A DNA stretch of 64,000 bases from Gekko japonicus. Its lineage: Eukaryota. The position numbers were made by a program, and so were the translations under genes. The stretch covers positions 298,012 to 362,011 of the forward strand of contig NW_015164211.1 in the NCBI RefSeq assembly GCF_001447785.1, written 5' to 3'. Below are positions 49,560 through 63,230 of this stretch, piece after piece; position 1 is the stretch's first letter, and every line of letters starts with the position of its first letter. The notes below the pieces were generated by a model that was given only the letters and a program-made list of their open reading frames with translations, had not been told where the DNA came from and searched no databases.

Positions 49560-52135
49560 GCTTTAAATCATCTGGCAGTTTGGACATCAATGCAGTTGAT
49601 TCTAATAATAGGTTCCAGGAAGCTCTGCGAGATCCAATTCCCTTTGGCGGCCCATTGAATGTACTGGTGGAAGATTGGTACTCCTGTCTTTCCAAAGCCA
49701 TCAACGAGGCCACTCCCTGGAGCCCTCTTCGCTCTCGTACCCAACTAGCTCCATGGTATACCTTGGAGCTACGGCGGATGAAATGAGAGCTAAGGCGACT
49801 AGAGAGAGGGTGGTGGCGAGCTCGTGACGAAGCCACAAGAGCATCCTATAGGTCGTTTATGAAAACCTTTGAGATGGCAGTGAAGGCTGCGAAGAGAAAC
49901 TTCTACGTGACCTCCATTATGTCTGCTAGCTCTCACCCAGCCCAATTATTTAGAACTATTCGGTCATTGACTACTCTGCCACAGAGCACACCAAATGCTA
50001 GTGAATTTGCGAGCTGTGAGGCATTTGTGAGCTATTTTGCAGATAAAGTCTTGTTGCTCCGCTGCGACCTCCTGGCCACAATTGATATAATAAGCGAACT
50101 GGAAGCCCACTGGCTGTCTTCAGGTCCAGTTTTGGACCCCTTCAGTTTGCTCTCCCAGGATGAAGTCGACAGGGTCCTGGTAGCTGTGAGGCCTACTACA
50201 TGCCTCCTGGATACCTGCCCACCATGGCTGGTTAAAGCCTGTGGTGATGAGGTGCGGACCCCCCTGAGGGAGATTATCAACTTGTCCCTATCAACAGGGA
50301 CCTTCCCAGGGGAATTGAAGGAGGCGGCAGTTCGCCCTCTACTTAAAAAAACATTTGTTGGACCTACCGCCCAGTGTCTAATCTACCATTCCTGGGCAAG
50401 ATGGTAGAGGGTACCGGCATCACAGCTTCAGGTTTTCCTGGATGAGGCTAAGATCCTGGATCCCTTCCAGTCCGGCTTTTGCCCTGCCAGTGGGACTGAG
50501 ATGGTGCTGGTCGCCCTTGTGGATGACCTTTGGAGACATCTGGATTGAGGTGGCTCCACGCTGCTGATTCTTCTTGCTCTATCAGCAACGTTTGATATGG
50601 TTAACCATGAGGTGTTAACCCACCACTTTTGCCCTGCCAGTGGGACTGAGATGGACTGAGATGGTGCTGGTCACCCTTGTAGATGACCTTCAGAGACATC
50701 TGGATTGAGGTGGATCCGCGCTGCTGATTCTTCTTGCTCTATCAGCAGCGTTTGATATGGTTGACATCTCAAAGGCACCTGCTGGAATGTAGTGTGCCAC
50801 AGGGAGAAATTCTCTCCCCCATGTTGTTGAATATCAACATGACCCCCCCTCACCCAGATTATCCGAGGGTATGGGCTGGGTTGTCACCAGTATGCAGATG
50901 ACACCTAGCTCTATGTACTGATGGACAGCTGCCTGGACATGTGATCTGGACGGGGCATTACAGGCTGCAGCTGGATGGTTGCGACAGAGCCGACTGAAGC
51001 TAAATCCATCTAAGATGGAGGTCCTGTACCTGAGCCGGGGAGGACTGAGTCAGGGAATCAGGCTCCCGACGTTCGATGGGGGTCCACTGATGCCAGAATC
51101 GAGGGTGAAGAGTCTGGGGGTGCTCCTGGATGCCTCCCTTTCTAGGGAGGCCCAGGTCACCACCACTGCCAGGTCTGAATTTTTTCATCAGAGGCAGATC
51201 AGGCAGTTGGCCCCTTATCTCACCCCACGAGACCTAGCTACAGTGACCCATGCAATGGTCACTTCCAGACCGGACTATTGTAACTCTCTCTACATGGGGC
51301 TGCCCTTGATCCTGCTCCAGAAGCTGCAGTTAGTGCAGAATGTGGCAGCATGGGTGTTGACAATGATGCCTATGCAGGCTCACATCCACACAGTGCTGCA
51401 TGAACTGCACTGGATGCCTATTGAATTCCGGATCAGTTTCAAGGTGCTGGTACTTACCTTTAAAGCCCTATATGGCCAAGGGCCAGCATACCTTCGAGAC
51501 CGCCTCTCCCCATATGAGCCCCAGAGGACACTGAGGTCTATGAATCAACATCTTCTAGCAGTCTCTGGACCCAGGGACATCTGACTAGCCTTGACCAGGG
51601 CCAGGGATTTTCCGACCCTGGCCCCCACCTGGTGGAATGAGCTCCCATACGAGATCAGGGCCCTGCGGGATCTATTACAGTTCCACAGGGCCTGCAAGAC
51701 AAAGCTCTTCCGCCAGGCCTTTGGGTGAGGCGGCAGATATCCCTTTTCCCTCCTGGCTATCTCCCCTTCAGTGGCCTGGATCTTAACATCAGTACTGCTA
51801 AACTGACATCAGAACTAGCTTGTTTGCACGGGATTTTATGGTTTTACTGTTTTAATTGTTATTTTAATTGTTGTTTTAGAGCCAATTTTATTTAACATGA
51901 TAGGCTGCCCGAATGCTTTGAAGGTGTGCCATCTCCTCAATGATTCGTCACCTGAAATAACTGAAAAGGTAGCTTTATTTCTATGTTTGGTAATTAAGGA
52001 TCGATTGCACAATGCATAGTTGCATACGATTGACTTATTTCTCCTTGTTACCTCTTTATCTGTTTCTGTCTGTTTCTGTAACCTGACATATGCCAATAAA
52101 GGTCTGTGTATGTATGTGTATGTAAATAAATAAAT
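49560..52135 (+). mobile_element. L2-clade LINE, 5'-truncated, decayed ORF2
   Basis: PTTCLLDTCP, IINLSLSTGTFP, QSGF, YADD (~50891), RLKLNPSK, DYCNSLY, LHWMPI; AATAAA and simple-repeat tail; internal duplication ~50478-50603 / 50627-50765. Confidence 0.93.
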
Positions 52136-52568
52136 AATTAAACTCTCTCTTACTAGAACAGGCTAACCACATAGTTCAAATCGTTCAAGCTTAAAAAAGT
52201 CACTCAGTATTAGTGAAAAAGAGCTCCAAATAGCTAAAGATCACATTCAATTCAAGCAGGAAATTAACATGACCTCAAGCAGGTGTTTTACATTAGAGGC
52301 TTATACCATATATAAGGTACATATGCCTAATTTTCTTTATCAGCTCCAGAAACAGGCACTAAAACTAAGCCATATTTTAAATTTTAAATTGTGAATCTTA
52401 CAGGGTTTTTTGATTGTTTTATTGATGTTGTAAACCACCTTGAGTTCCCCTAGGGAGAAAAATTGCTAATAAATGTTTTATACAATAGATAAGATTGGAG
52501 GGCACAACAAAGGAGAGATAGTCCTCATTGGTACTGGCCAGTTACTTGGTAAATGTGGCACTGTAAAT

Positions 52569-52907
52569 AAGAAAAGGTGAAAATTTCTTTCTGCCACACC
52601 AAATTTTAAACAGATGAGATCAGCTATTTGTAAGAAGGCATGTTTAAGAGTCAAGCTAAAAGAGACACTGCAACATCCATGATCGGGTCTTCAATGAGTT
52701 TCTTTAGTTTTTTAAAAATGCAAACCCTGAAGATCTTGAAGAAAAGATGAAAATTTCTTTCTGCCACACCAAATTTTAAACAGATGAGATCAGCTATTTG
52801 TAAGAAGGCATGTTTAAAAGTCAAGCTAAAAGAGACACTGCAACATCCATGATCGGGTCTTCAATGAGTTTCTTTAGTTTTTTAAAAATGCAAACCCTGA
52901 AGATCTT
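52569..52907. repeat. 170-bp tandem duplication
   Basis: 52569-52737 and 52739-52907 differ at two positions. Confidence 0.95.
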
Positions 52908-52999
52908 ACCCCACAGATCAAAAGAAAGAGTCACACACACATACAAAAAACACCCAAATACCACAGCCTTGAGGCAATCTGAGGAGTCCTATACTTGCT

Positions 53000-53165
53000 T
53001 TTGCCTTGACCTGGATAGCCCAAGGTAGCCTGATCTCATCAAGCTAAGCCGGATCGGCCCTGGCTTGCATTTGGATGGGAGACCACCAAGGAAGTCCAGA
53101 GTTGCAAGGCAAAGGCATGCAACAGTAAACTACCTTTAAACATCTCTTGCCTGAACACCCTAAGT
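53000..53165 (+). mobile_element. 5S rRNA-derived SINE (5S-Sauria type)
   Basis: GCCTGATCTC..AAGCTAAGC..TTGGATGGGAGACCACCAAGGAA matches the 5S internal control region, followed by a non-5S body. Confidence 0.8.
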
Positions 53166-53314
53166 CACTTCTAACTTTTAAAACTGTGCAGGGAGGTCCA
53201 ATCACCACTCTATTTATATTTCATGCCCACTGCCATATGACAAACAACTTTTGACAATTCTTTTAGTCTTACACCAGAAGGCTTCTCCAGGTCAGCCACC
53301 TTGGCCTCAAGGGA

Positions 53315-54181
53315 GTGACCAAGTGTAAAGTGATGCACACTGGAGCCAAAAATCCTAAATATAAATCCACGTTGAAGGGGTCCGAACTGGCAGAGACTGA
53401 CCAAGAGAGAGATCTTGGAGTCGTAGTAGATAATTAAAATGTCTAGACAGTGTGCGGCTGCAATAAAAAAGGCCAACACTCTGCTGAGGATTATTAGGAA
53501 GGGAACTGAAAACAAATCAGCCAGTATCATATCATAATGCCCCTGTATAAATCAATGGTGCGACCTCATTTGAATACTGTGTACAATTCTGGTCACCACA
53601 CCTCAGAAAGGATATTATACCACTGGAAAAAGTGCAGAGAAGGGCAACTAAAATGATAAAAGGGTTGGAACACTTTCCCTATGAAGAAAGGTTAAAGCGC
53701 TTGGGGCTCTTTAGCTTGGAGAAATGACTGAGGTTTACAAGATTATGCATGGGATAGAGCAGGTAGAGAAAGAGGTACTTTTCTCCCTTTCTCACAATAC
53801 AAGAACTCGTGGACACTCAATGACATTGCTGAGCAGTCGGGTTAGAACGGATAAAAGGAAGTACTTCTTCAGCCAAAGTGTGATTAACACAAGGAATTCA
53901 CTGCCACAGGAGGTGGTGGCAGCTACAAGCATTGATGGCTTCAAGAGGGAATTGGATAAACATATGGAGCAGAGGTCCATCAGTGGCTATTAGCCGCAAG
54001 ATATAGGTAGGAACTCTAGGCCTGGGGCAAGTGATGTTCTGTATTCTTGGTGCTGGGGGGGGGGGAGCAGTGAATTTGCGGGGCCTCCTGATGGCACCTG
54101 GTATTTTTGGCCACTGTGTGACAGAGTATTAGACTGGATGGGCCACTGGCCTGATCCAGCATTGACTTCTCTTATGTTCTT
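53315..54181 (+). mobile_element. CR1 LINE 3' fragment
   Basis: [25 protein letters not shown] 53724-53993; CTTATGTTCTTA tail. Confidence 0.95.
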
Positions 54182-54951
54182 ACTTTCAAATGATGATGAT
54201 TCTCCACATAGCTTTCATTGCCGCTGTTAATGCAGAGGCATTTGCAATTACAATAGAGCATCCACACAGTGCCTTCCCCAGCACTCTTGGCTTCTCATAC
54301 AACCCACACCCGCCAGAGGGCTTTTTCTAAAGTCAACAACCAACATATTGCTATAACATCACAATATTACTATGATCTATCCTCCAAATTCACAGCTTTC
54401 ATTCAAACACAAATTCTCTAGCCCCTTTCAATGTAGAGATAAAGAGAAAGGTGGACCTATGCAATGAAAAGGGCTAGACATTTAATTTGTTTAACAAAAG
54501 CTGTGAATGCAGAAAAACTAATTCACAAATCATTCTAACATTATAATGCTATAGCAACATATCAACTGCCTTTTTAAAAAAAGTACCCAGAAGCCCTCAA
54601 ATGGCAGGGTAAATGGCAATTGGGGGAGCTGAGGCAAGAAAAACAGTATAGATGCAGGCAAGACCTGTAAAAAAAGCACAGAGCTTCTTGTTCACATGGT
54701 ACATAAACATGCTTTAACCACAAGCTTTCCAAGAATATTATATCAAATCAGATACGGGAATGATAGCAAAGCGGGGAGAAAACATGCAAACTGGACAATT
54801 AGGGGATGGACACCAAACCAGAGCAAAATTTCCATGTGGAATCAGCCTGTAATTCTAAAAACCAAAACCAAATTCAAGATTACCCAACCAGGGCAAAGTT
54901 AAAATAAAGAGCAATCAAATCACCAAAATACTTCCATGTGGAATCAGGGTA

Positions 54952-55146
54952 GGGGCTGTGGCTCAGTGATAGAGCATCTGCTTTGCATGCAGAAAGTCCC
55001 AGGATCAATCCCCAACATCTCCAATTAAAAAGACCAGGCAGTAGGTGATGTGAAACACTTCTGCCTGGGACCCTGGAGAGCTGCTACCAGTCTGAGTAGA
55101 CAGTACTGACCTTGATGGACCAATGGTCTGATTCAGTTTAAGGCAG
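54952..55146 (+). mobile_element. tRNA-Ala-derived SINE (Squam3-like)
   Basis: GGGGCTGTGGCTCAGTGATAGAGCATCTGCTTTGCATGCAG head followed by a SINE body. Confidence 0.8.
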
Positions 55147-56749
55147 CAGCATCATGTATGTGTACTTAGCCTATAATTCTACGAACACTTTCCACATGAT
55201 TTTGTAAGTTCTGAAAAAACATACAGAAGATCAGGCTTTAAATGCCTATTTTCCGTCCAAAGAAGCTTAGCAACTACTGTAGCCTTTGCTAAGTACCATC
55301 AGGATTATGTGACCTAACCCACTACCTCAAGAGGGAGGTGAGTAAATGGAAGCCATCTAGGAAACAATGCTAATGGTCATCTATGCCCTGGGAAAGAAGA
55401 GGCACTAAGAAGATATGGAACTGGGGTGGGGGAAAGAGACAAGGAAATGAACAAGTAGTATAGTTCCAGGTTAAGTGAATGGACACCTCATATGTAAAAA
55501 GGCAAGTGACATTAAGACCGCATATACCAGTACTTCATACCTTAAAGCTTTTGGTTCGTATTAAGTTACTGCATTCAGAAAACTAAATATTTTAAGTAAT
55601 CATAGAACATGGTTAGTTTCAGAAATTCTGACGCCATCACCCATAAATCTAATTTGACTTTAAGTGCAAGCATCTACCCTTAATATTAATTGCACTGACT
55701 TACACTGTGTAATCCACATTGAGTCTCAGTGAAAAAGGCAGTGTATAAATTACATAAATATATTAATATTGTAACATTTAGAAAGCTCAGTTCTAAGTCA
55801 GATGGCACAGTCACCTGCATCCTTCTCCTGACAGGTTTTTTTTTAAACCCAAGCACCCTTTGGAAAACTGTAAGGAATAAATAGGGTAGATGAGTGACTT
55901 ATTTTCCTTACCAACTCTTATTCTGCTTAAAATCACTTGTACCACAGAGACAAGGCAGTTTTCCATGGAAAACAGAAAGAATAAAAGAGTTAAGAAACCT
56001 GCCATTCCTCTACTCTCAGCCTCCAAAAGCTACCTCTGGTTTTAAGAAAATAACCTCAGGTGAAGAAACACGTAATGGTCAAGGTGACCTTCCATTTAAT
56101 AATTTCTCCTTATGTGAAAACAGCCAACTAAGAAACTTGAGGGATACACAAATGGTACTTTTCAAAATTTGATGGGCAACACAAATTTATCAGAAATCAA
56201 ATAATTAAGTAACTCTGTTAAAACTAATCCCAATCTGGTACTCTAAAACAGAAGTGTAACATTTGAAATATTTTTCAAAGTATGCAGAATCTGAGCCTTA
56301 CAGACCCAGTCCTCTGCATGCTTACTTGGAAATGAGCCCCACTGAGTTCAATGTGAGCTACTCCCAGATAAGCAGGATTAGGAGTGCATTCCTAAAAACA
56401 ATTTCCTGGGTCCCATAGAATACACCTGAGTAGGATTCTGAGTAGACGTGCTTATATTTGCACTGCTAGTCTTATTCTGTCTCACAGAAATGTTGGGCCA
56501 AATTGAACAGGACACCTGTGTACTCAAGCGCTCAGAAACTAAAAGGTAAATAGCTGAACCCAAATGTATAGTGTTTGGATTAGAAACCATTATTCACTGT
56601 TACATCTCTAAAAATGTTGATTCCCATTTCCAAAGCTTTGAATTAGCAGTGCTTGTTCTCTCCACCTTTCCAGATAGAACACTGACAGGCAGACAAGAAA
56701 CATTACATAAAACAAACACTAACTCTTAATTACGGTTTTATTAGTTAGG

Positions 56750-57098
56750 TAAAAGGTAAAGGTTCCCTTGCTCGAAAGCCAGTCGAATCCGACTCTAGGG
56801 TTGCGGTGCTCATCTCCGTTTCAAAGCCGAAGAGCCAGCACTGTCCGAAGACGTTTCCGTGGTCATGTGGCCGGCATGACTAAACACCAAGGCGCACGGA
56901 ATGCTGTTACCTTCCCACCGGAGTGGTACCTATTTATCTACTTGCAATTTCTTGCTTTCGAACTGCTAGGTTGGCAGGAGCTGGAATTAGAGACGGGAGC
57001 TCACTCCGTCATGCGGCACCCAGGTCTCGAACTGCTGAACTACTGACCTTCCAAGCCTGCAGTTCAGCATCTTAACCACTTGAGCCACCGCAGCTCCA
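56750..57098 (-). mobile_element. Sauria SINE (Squam1), full length
   Basis: tRNA-like head GGAGCTGCGGTGGCTCAAGTGGTTAAG; (ACCTTT)n tail; 12-bp TSD TTATTAGTTAGG at 56738-56749 and 57099-57110. Confidence 0.9.
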
Positions 57099-58466
57099 TT
57101 ATTAGTTAGGACAGTGCCATTAATATACAGGGTACTTTACAGATAAGAAACAAAAAACCCTTAGAAGCTTACAATCCAGACTGAGGGTTAGAAAATAATG
57201 AGAGGAGAGTTCTGCAGGGTAATTAAATGGAAACGTACATATTTCATTGCACGTTACTCAAGACACATTTTTGCTGGGGATGAAGACTAGGATGTTACGC
57301 CAAAGGCTTTACACGAGGATGGGTTTTGAGGGGAGAAGGAGGCCATACCACACAGGAGGTCTGAAAGGTCGTTTCTCTGTTACAGTCACCAGACAGTTCC
57401 GGATTATGAACATATATAGACCAGCCAGAGTTTGAACTGATGAAATTTAACCAAATTTTGGACAGACTAAAACATGAAAACTGGGCAACATGCACTTAAG
57501 TGGGAATCTAGAGACTATTTTAACTAAATCTCAAATGACAAAATGAACACAAAGGAATTGTGTTACAATGGGTTGACAACTGCTGCATCTTCCTGACACC
57601 TTCCTGAAAATGTGCTCTTACTTGAATACCACTAGAACAATCACATGATATGGTTTCTCACACCAGTCTTCTATTATGACCTTCCTCACCGTCAAGAAAA
57701 TAATGATGAACACCTAAACCAAACACAGTGCCAGCACAACTGTAGCCATGCCCATGCTGTAACCACCATCACCTCACACAACCAAAGAAAGGTATGTTTT
57801 TTTTAACAGTGCTATGAAACCATGAATTACAGGCAGCTGGCCTACAATCAAGACAGCAGCTGTTTAACAAAACTGCACTGTGTCATCTAATTTCATCTAG
57901 CTTCTCCTAAGTACTGCCACTTACATTTATCATTGCTTTGATGCCTTCAGAGTTGCCATCAATGATAAACAAGCTGCCCACTCTTGGGTTCATGATGCGT
58001 TTTAGAAAAATGTAATAGTTTTGAACTTGTAAAAGGATGACATACAAATAGGAAGGTCTACAGTCTGTTCCAGAATTTAAGTACCAGCAAACAGTTAAGC
58101 TGGACCCTTATGTCGCTCTCCATTAAATGAATTTGCATCCAATAAATAAATTCCCTTAACCTTCTCAAAGATTTGACTGAGTACTAACAGTACTGCAGCC
58201 AGGCTACTTTTCAAATACTTCATTTTGGGGGGAAATATAGAAAAGTATTTCCCCCACGCCCTGTCAAATTACAAAAGAACAGAACTAACAATATTCCTAT
58301 ACTTTTATTACTAAGTGTTAAAATCTAATACCTTGAGATGCCCTTAAAAAAATTCTTACGTGTCTCAAATGGCTATTCCCCCTGTAATATTCAAAAAAAG
58401 CTCTTAAACATATGCATTGTGTAACTAATCTCAACATTTTCCCGAAGTAATAGTATTAAGCAGTAC

Positions 58467-58550
58467 CTAACAGCTGCAAACGATCCTTGGCCATTGCCAA
58501 ATTTGTCATCATTTTAGATTGGAGACGTCGAGCTCGTTCATAATGATCAC
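58467..58550 (-). CDS. SPAST: Spastin exon 3 (84 nt)
   Basis: [28 protein letters not shown]; MIT domain. Confidence 0.97.
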
Positions 58551-59807
58551 CTTAAAAAAAAAGTTAAATACTGTAGTGAAGGCAGTGTTACAAAAGGAAT
58601 ATAAAATACCAAAATTACAGCAAACTTTAAAAATAAAATGGAGCCAGAAGTGTCTAATACAGCAAGAAGCATCCATGATGCTCCGCATGGTTACCTAACA
58701 TTACGACTAGCCTGGACATGCTCTCCCTCATTTTGGGACAGCTGAGCTGCACATACAAGAAATGGATGCAAATGAGAGCAGTACAAAGAGCATGTTCAGG
58801 CCACTTAGAATTCTCCCCATTCAGGTTTTCAAAGTGCTTATATGAAACCAGCAACAACAGTGTTCTTCTAGAAAGCTGTATATATTTCAAATTAGAGATC
58901 TGTAAAAACTAGGCACAGCATCCAGAGAACATTTAAGTCATTGATTTCAATAGGTGCCTACTACTCCCATTAATTTCCAGATAAGAGTTAAACATGTGCC
59001 TAACTCTCCCAGTGAAATCAAGGGAACTAAAAAATGACTGCCTTTGGCTGGACCTTGCCCCAAGATGGTTAACCAAAGAAAACTAGTGATGTCATTAACA
59101 TAGGTATGAGACACTTCTTAATGCTTGACATTGTAATTCTATTATAATGGTTTTGCTAATTACATACAAAAGTACCTTCCTGCCATCCAAGTTAAATATG
59201 CAATAGAAATTTTAATCCTGTGCTTAAGAACAAATATAACACAGAAAGCTACACTTGAATGAACATGAATCAAAGCCCAAGATTAAATTGATATAATCCC
59301 TCCCCACCAAAACCTGACCATTCAACAGAGATTTTTTAATAAGAGATTGATTTTTTAAAGCCCTCCTATAGCAGGACAATTTTTGTGCTCATGATTTATT
59401 CTTCTGAACACATCAATCCAGTATTCTTATACAATTCAAATATTCACAGGCTTCTATGCTCAAGGACTAGGAATTAACAAATAGAATGAAGGTTTACCAG
59501 AGGAAGAGAAAGTCAACGTTACCCTGCAGCAAGTCACCCAACTCCCCACTTTAGTTCTCACCTATTTACTGTATAGACCGAAGCTGCTATTGAAACCCAA
59601 CAGATACTTGATATTTGAACAAGCAATATGTTGTATTTGTGGAGGTTAGATCTGCAGGATGTTAGACAGCAAAGGGTGCAGCAGCTTCACAATGTTCCAA
59701 GTGTAACCAAAAAACACCTGCAACTACACTCCTAAGCAGCATTACTAAGAAGTCCCACTGAATTCAATGGGTCTTACTTCCAAGTAAGCATATATAGGAT
59801 TGGACTC

Positions 59808-60100
59808 AGGTGAGTAGCCATGTTGGTCTGAAGCAGCAGAACAGAGTTTGAGACCAGTGACACCAGGAAGACCAACAAAGTTTTGTTCAAGGTATAAGCT
59901 CTCATACACACACTTCTTCAGATACAATGAAATGGAAATTACCAGTCCATACATATAGGCAGACGGTGAGCAGTAAATCAGCACACAGCATAATGAAGAC
60001 GTTTAAGATTCAAGGACCAAACAGGAATAACAATCTTAGTTTATCTGGTTACAATCTGTTCAGGTTTAATTCCAGGAGGAAACATAGTGAAGGAAATAAA
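59808..60100 (-). mobile_element. Penelope-like element terminal fragment
   Basis: Reverse strand CTGAAGAAGTGTG..AGCTTATACCTTGAACAAAACTTTGTTGGTCT; relatives at ~1807-1885 and ~42088-42165. Confidence 0.6.
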
Positions 60101-61110
60101 TATGTCAGAATTGGAGATTGATGGGCAGATGTAAGCACAAATAAGATTGGGCTGAAACCCACCACAAAATAACCTTAAATTCCACTGATTTTAGTTGGAT
60201 TTAAACAACCCACACGTATTTAGAATTTGTGCCTGGACAAATCAGACCCACACAACTTACTCCATTTCACTACATAGAGTGAGAGAAAAGCTGAATATTT
60301 AAATATACACACTTATGAACAAGGATTGTATCACTGCTGCATCACATGTGTCAATGTTGTCATGAAACTTTTACTGACCTGTATCTGCATTAATCCAATT
60401 CGAACTGAATAATGGCTGTACCTTAACCACCCCATTTACTGTTTGAAAAACTGGCAACCAAACTGTTCAAGGTGCTATGGTGGTTAGTGTCAGACAAGGA
60501 TCTGGGAGACCCAGGCTCAACACACACACACACACCCGTTTGCCCTGAATCTTTCTGGGTCACCTTGGGCCAGTCACTCTCTCAGTTTAATCTACCCCAC
60601 CGAACAGTTTCAAGGATAAAATGAAGGAGAGCCATGCATGCTGCTCCTTGACGAATAAAAATGTATCAGAGAGAGCTGCACCTTTAAACAGCTACTTGAT
60701 GTGAAGACACTGACATTTTAAAAATAAAATTTATATCCCACCTTTCTGCCCTCACAAGGCTATGATAAGCTTCCTCTGCCAACCAACTGCTCTTTTAGGA
60801 AAAAAGCTGGCCTGTTCTTGTGCTTTAATCATTTGGTAATCCTTTTTACTAGTCTGCACAACAAACTAAGAAACATAGAACCTTAAGGAAACGGTATTTA
60901 TTTTAAGGAACTTGTCACAAGGCAAGGCGACAACAGAAAAAAAGAGAACTAGGGCTTTTTTACTTCAACAAAAAATTATTCTAGATATTTTTTGCTATAT
61001 TATTACTGTTTCCCCTCTGTACTGTATGGTTTCCCCATTCAGATCTATTCTCCAGTCTGATCTATCAGACGAAGAAAAAAAGTTAAGGCAACCACAACCA
61101 CATTATTTCA

Positions 61111-61257
<147 letters not shown>

Positions 61258-62246
61258 TCAGAACTACAGACACTGTACAAAACATAAGTAATGTTATGTT
61301 TGATCTATGTGATCTATTATCCAAAATTTAACAGTTGTACAGCACAACCTTATGCATAAAAATTCACGTCCCATTAAATTCAACAAGACTAGATCTCAAG
61401 TATGCACATGACTGCAAACCTAATAATTCCTAGGAGTACTTCAAAGGTACCTTACAGGTAATCAAAAATAAAAAGTCAACTTGTTATTCAAGATACCGGA
61501 GGACTGTTATCAGAGTAAAATAATATTTGACTAGTGTGGACCTACTTTCAGCAACTGAAAGCTTTATCCGATTACAGTATGAAGTTTGCTGTTGGCTAGT
61601 ACTAGTTAAAAGGATGCATTCTAAGATTTTTTTAAAAAAAGTGTTAGCAATGGTTTATCTTTTCCTTAAAGTACCACAGTTGGCAAGCTTGAACTTACTT
61701 TCGCAGGCAACAAGTCACAGCCTGCACTTTTACCTCTGAATCTGTTCTCATCCTCTCACAAGACCAGCAAGTCCCACAAGTTACAGCACCAATGGTTAAA
61801 AGCATTCTGCAGAGCATATCTTCAAAGCACACCATTATATAGGCACCAGTCTCCCATTTATGTTGGCTACCAATGAAACAACATTTACACAAACCTGATA
61901 CACAGCACTGACAAAATAGGGTAAGGAATAGAGAGAAAAAGTGCCTGACACCCCAGAAGAACACGCCGAATCCAGAGAACAAAGAGACTAATAAGGATGG
62001 GGCAACACAAAGTCTCTTTCTTTGACGGAGACTCTGCTGTAAATCTGAGGCTCCACCTACAAGCCCTCCATGTCAACATTTGCTTTCTCTTTCCGAGTGC
62101 ATCCACCACCGCAGCCTTGCCGCCAGGGATTAGTCAAACCCCGTTTCCTCTTCCTAATTATGCATGATAGCAATTTACATTTACTTCTATCTATAATCGT
62201 CGTTCTTACTGGAAAAACCGCTGCTTGCTCCTCGGCCACTTCAATG

Positions 62247-62260
62247 NNNNNNNNNNNNNN
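62247..62260. other. Assembly gap
   Basis: Run of N. Confidence 1.
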
Positions 62261-62488
62261 CAATGGGGGGGGGGGGAGAATCGTAGCTCCTCGGGCCTTT
62301 TATGCTCGTGGGAGTATCTCGCTTTCATTTTAAGGATCCTTGTCTGGCTGCGAATCAAAAATCTAGCATTCAGCCCCAGCAGACTTGCTTCCGAGTAAGC
62401 ATGTTATAAAGGGCAGGCCTGTCAAAAGGCAAGACTTGGCCAGCCTTACCGTCCGAGGGGCTCGTCTCCTCCCCTCAACCACTCGCCA

Positions 62489-62522
62489 NNNNNNNNNNNN
62501 NNNNNNNNNNNNNNNNNNNNNN
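62489..62522. other. Assembly gap covering the exon 1 donor
   Basis: Run of N immediately after ...DEDEA. Confidence 0.95.
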
Positions 62523-62927
62523 GGCTTCGTCCTCGTCGATGCGCAGCGCCGTGGAGATGCACTCGAAGGCGCGCTTGTGACAGGCTCTCACCGTCTCGGG
62601 CGCGTCGCCGGCGCCGGTCCTGCTGGCGGTGCCTTTGGCGGCTGCCATGAGCGCCCCGCCGCGAGAGAGGCGTTCGCAGAGCCAGGCGAAGAGCAGCCCG
62701 AGCTGGAAGGCCAGGAAGCGAAGCAGCGCGAAGACGGCGAAGAGCGGGTAGGAGAAGTAGTAAAGGTTCCGCTTGTGAGGAGAGGCCACCGCCGCCTGCT
62801 GGTGCTGGACGGAGGGAGCCGGCCCGGCTGCGGACGAGGGCGAAGGGGAGGCCCCGGCGGCCCGGGTCGGAGAACTGGAGCCGGCTAAGCCCTTCTTCTT
62901 CCCTCTCCCGCCGCCCGGAGAATTCAT
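62522..62927 (-). CDS. SPAST: Spastin exon 1 (M1 start, hydrophobic hairpin, second start at codon 94)
   Basis: MNSPGG.RGKKK...[13 protein letters not shown]...ALMAAAK...[18 protein letters not shown]; last base and donor fall in the N gap (phase 1 inferred from exon 2). Confidence 0.97.
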
Positions 62928-62943
62928 TCACTGCAGTCGCCAT

Positions 62944-63230
62944 AACCCGCTGCCTGGGACTGACAACAAGCAGCCGCGCGACCCTGCCATAGCAAAGGCT
63001 ACGCCCCTTTCGCTCAGCCCCGCTACTCTCCACTCCTCCAGAATCTACGCAGTCACCCTTCGGGAATAAGGAGCGCCGTAACGATTTCTTCTAGGCTTCG
63101 GGACTATTGTTAACAAGCGCCTGCGCGCAGTAATGAAGCGACAATAGGGGGCGTGGCAGATACGATAGGACGGTTAGAAGCCACGGCCAAGCCGCCCACA
63201 GAGTGGCCTCTTAAAGACTGACGACATTTA
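62944..63230 (-). promoter_or_regulatory. SPAST: SPAST CpG-island promoter/5'UTR
   Basis: CpG-rich; NRF1-like GCGCCTGCGCGCA 63117-63129; SOX-like ATTGTT 63106-63111 and ACAATAG 63141-63147; GC box GGGGCGTGGC 63148-63157. Confidence 0.75.

Noticed and set aside
53020-53110. Functional 5S rRNA gene
   Set aside because: Internal deletion, many substitutions, no T-run terminator, continues into a SINE body
54952-55022. tRNA-Ala gene
   Set aside because: Imperfect stems and B box; it is the head of a SINE also present at 1500-1680
62445-62450. G|gtaagg as the exon 1 donor
   Set aside because: Homology to spastin ends at the gap edge (62523), and a stop intervenes in the M1 frame as assembled; the true donor is probably in the gap
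62385-62888. 167-aa plus-strand ORF antisense to exon 1
   Set aside because: Shadow of a GC-rich coding exon; spans an N gap; non-ATG start
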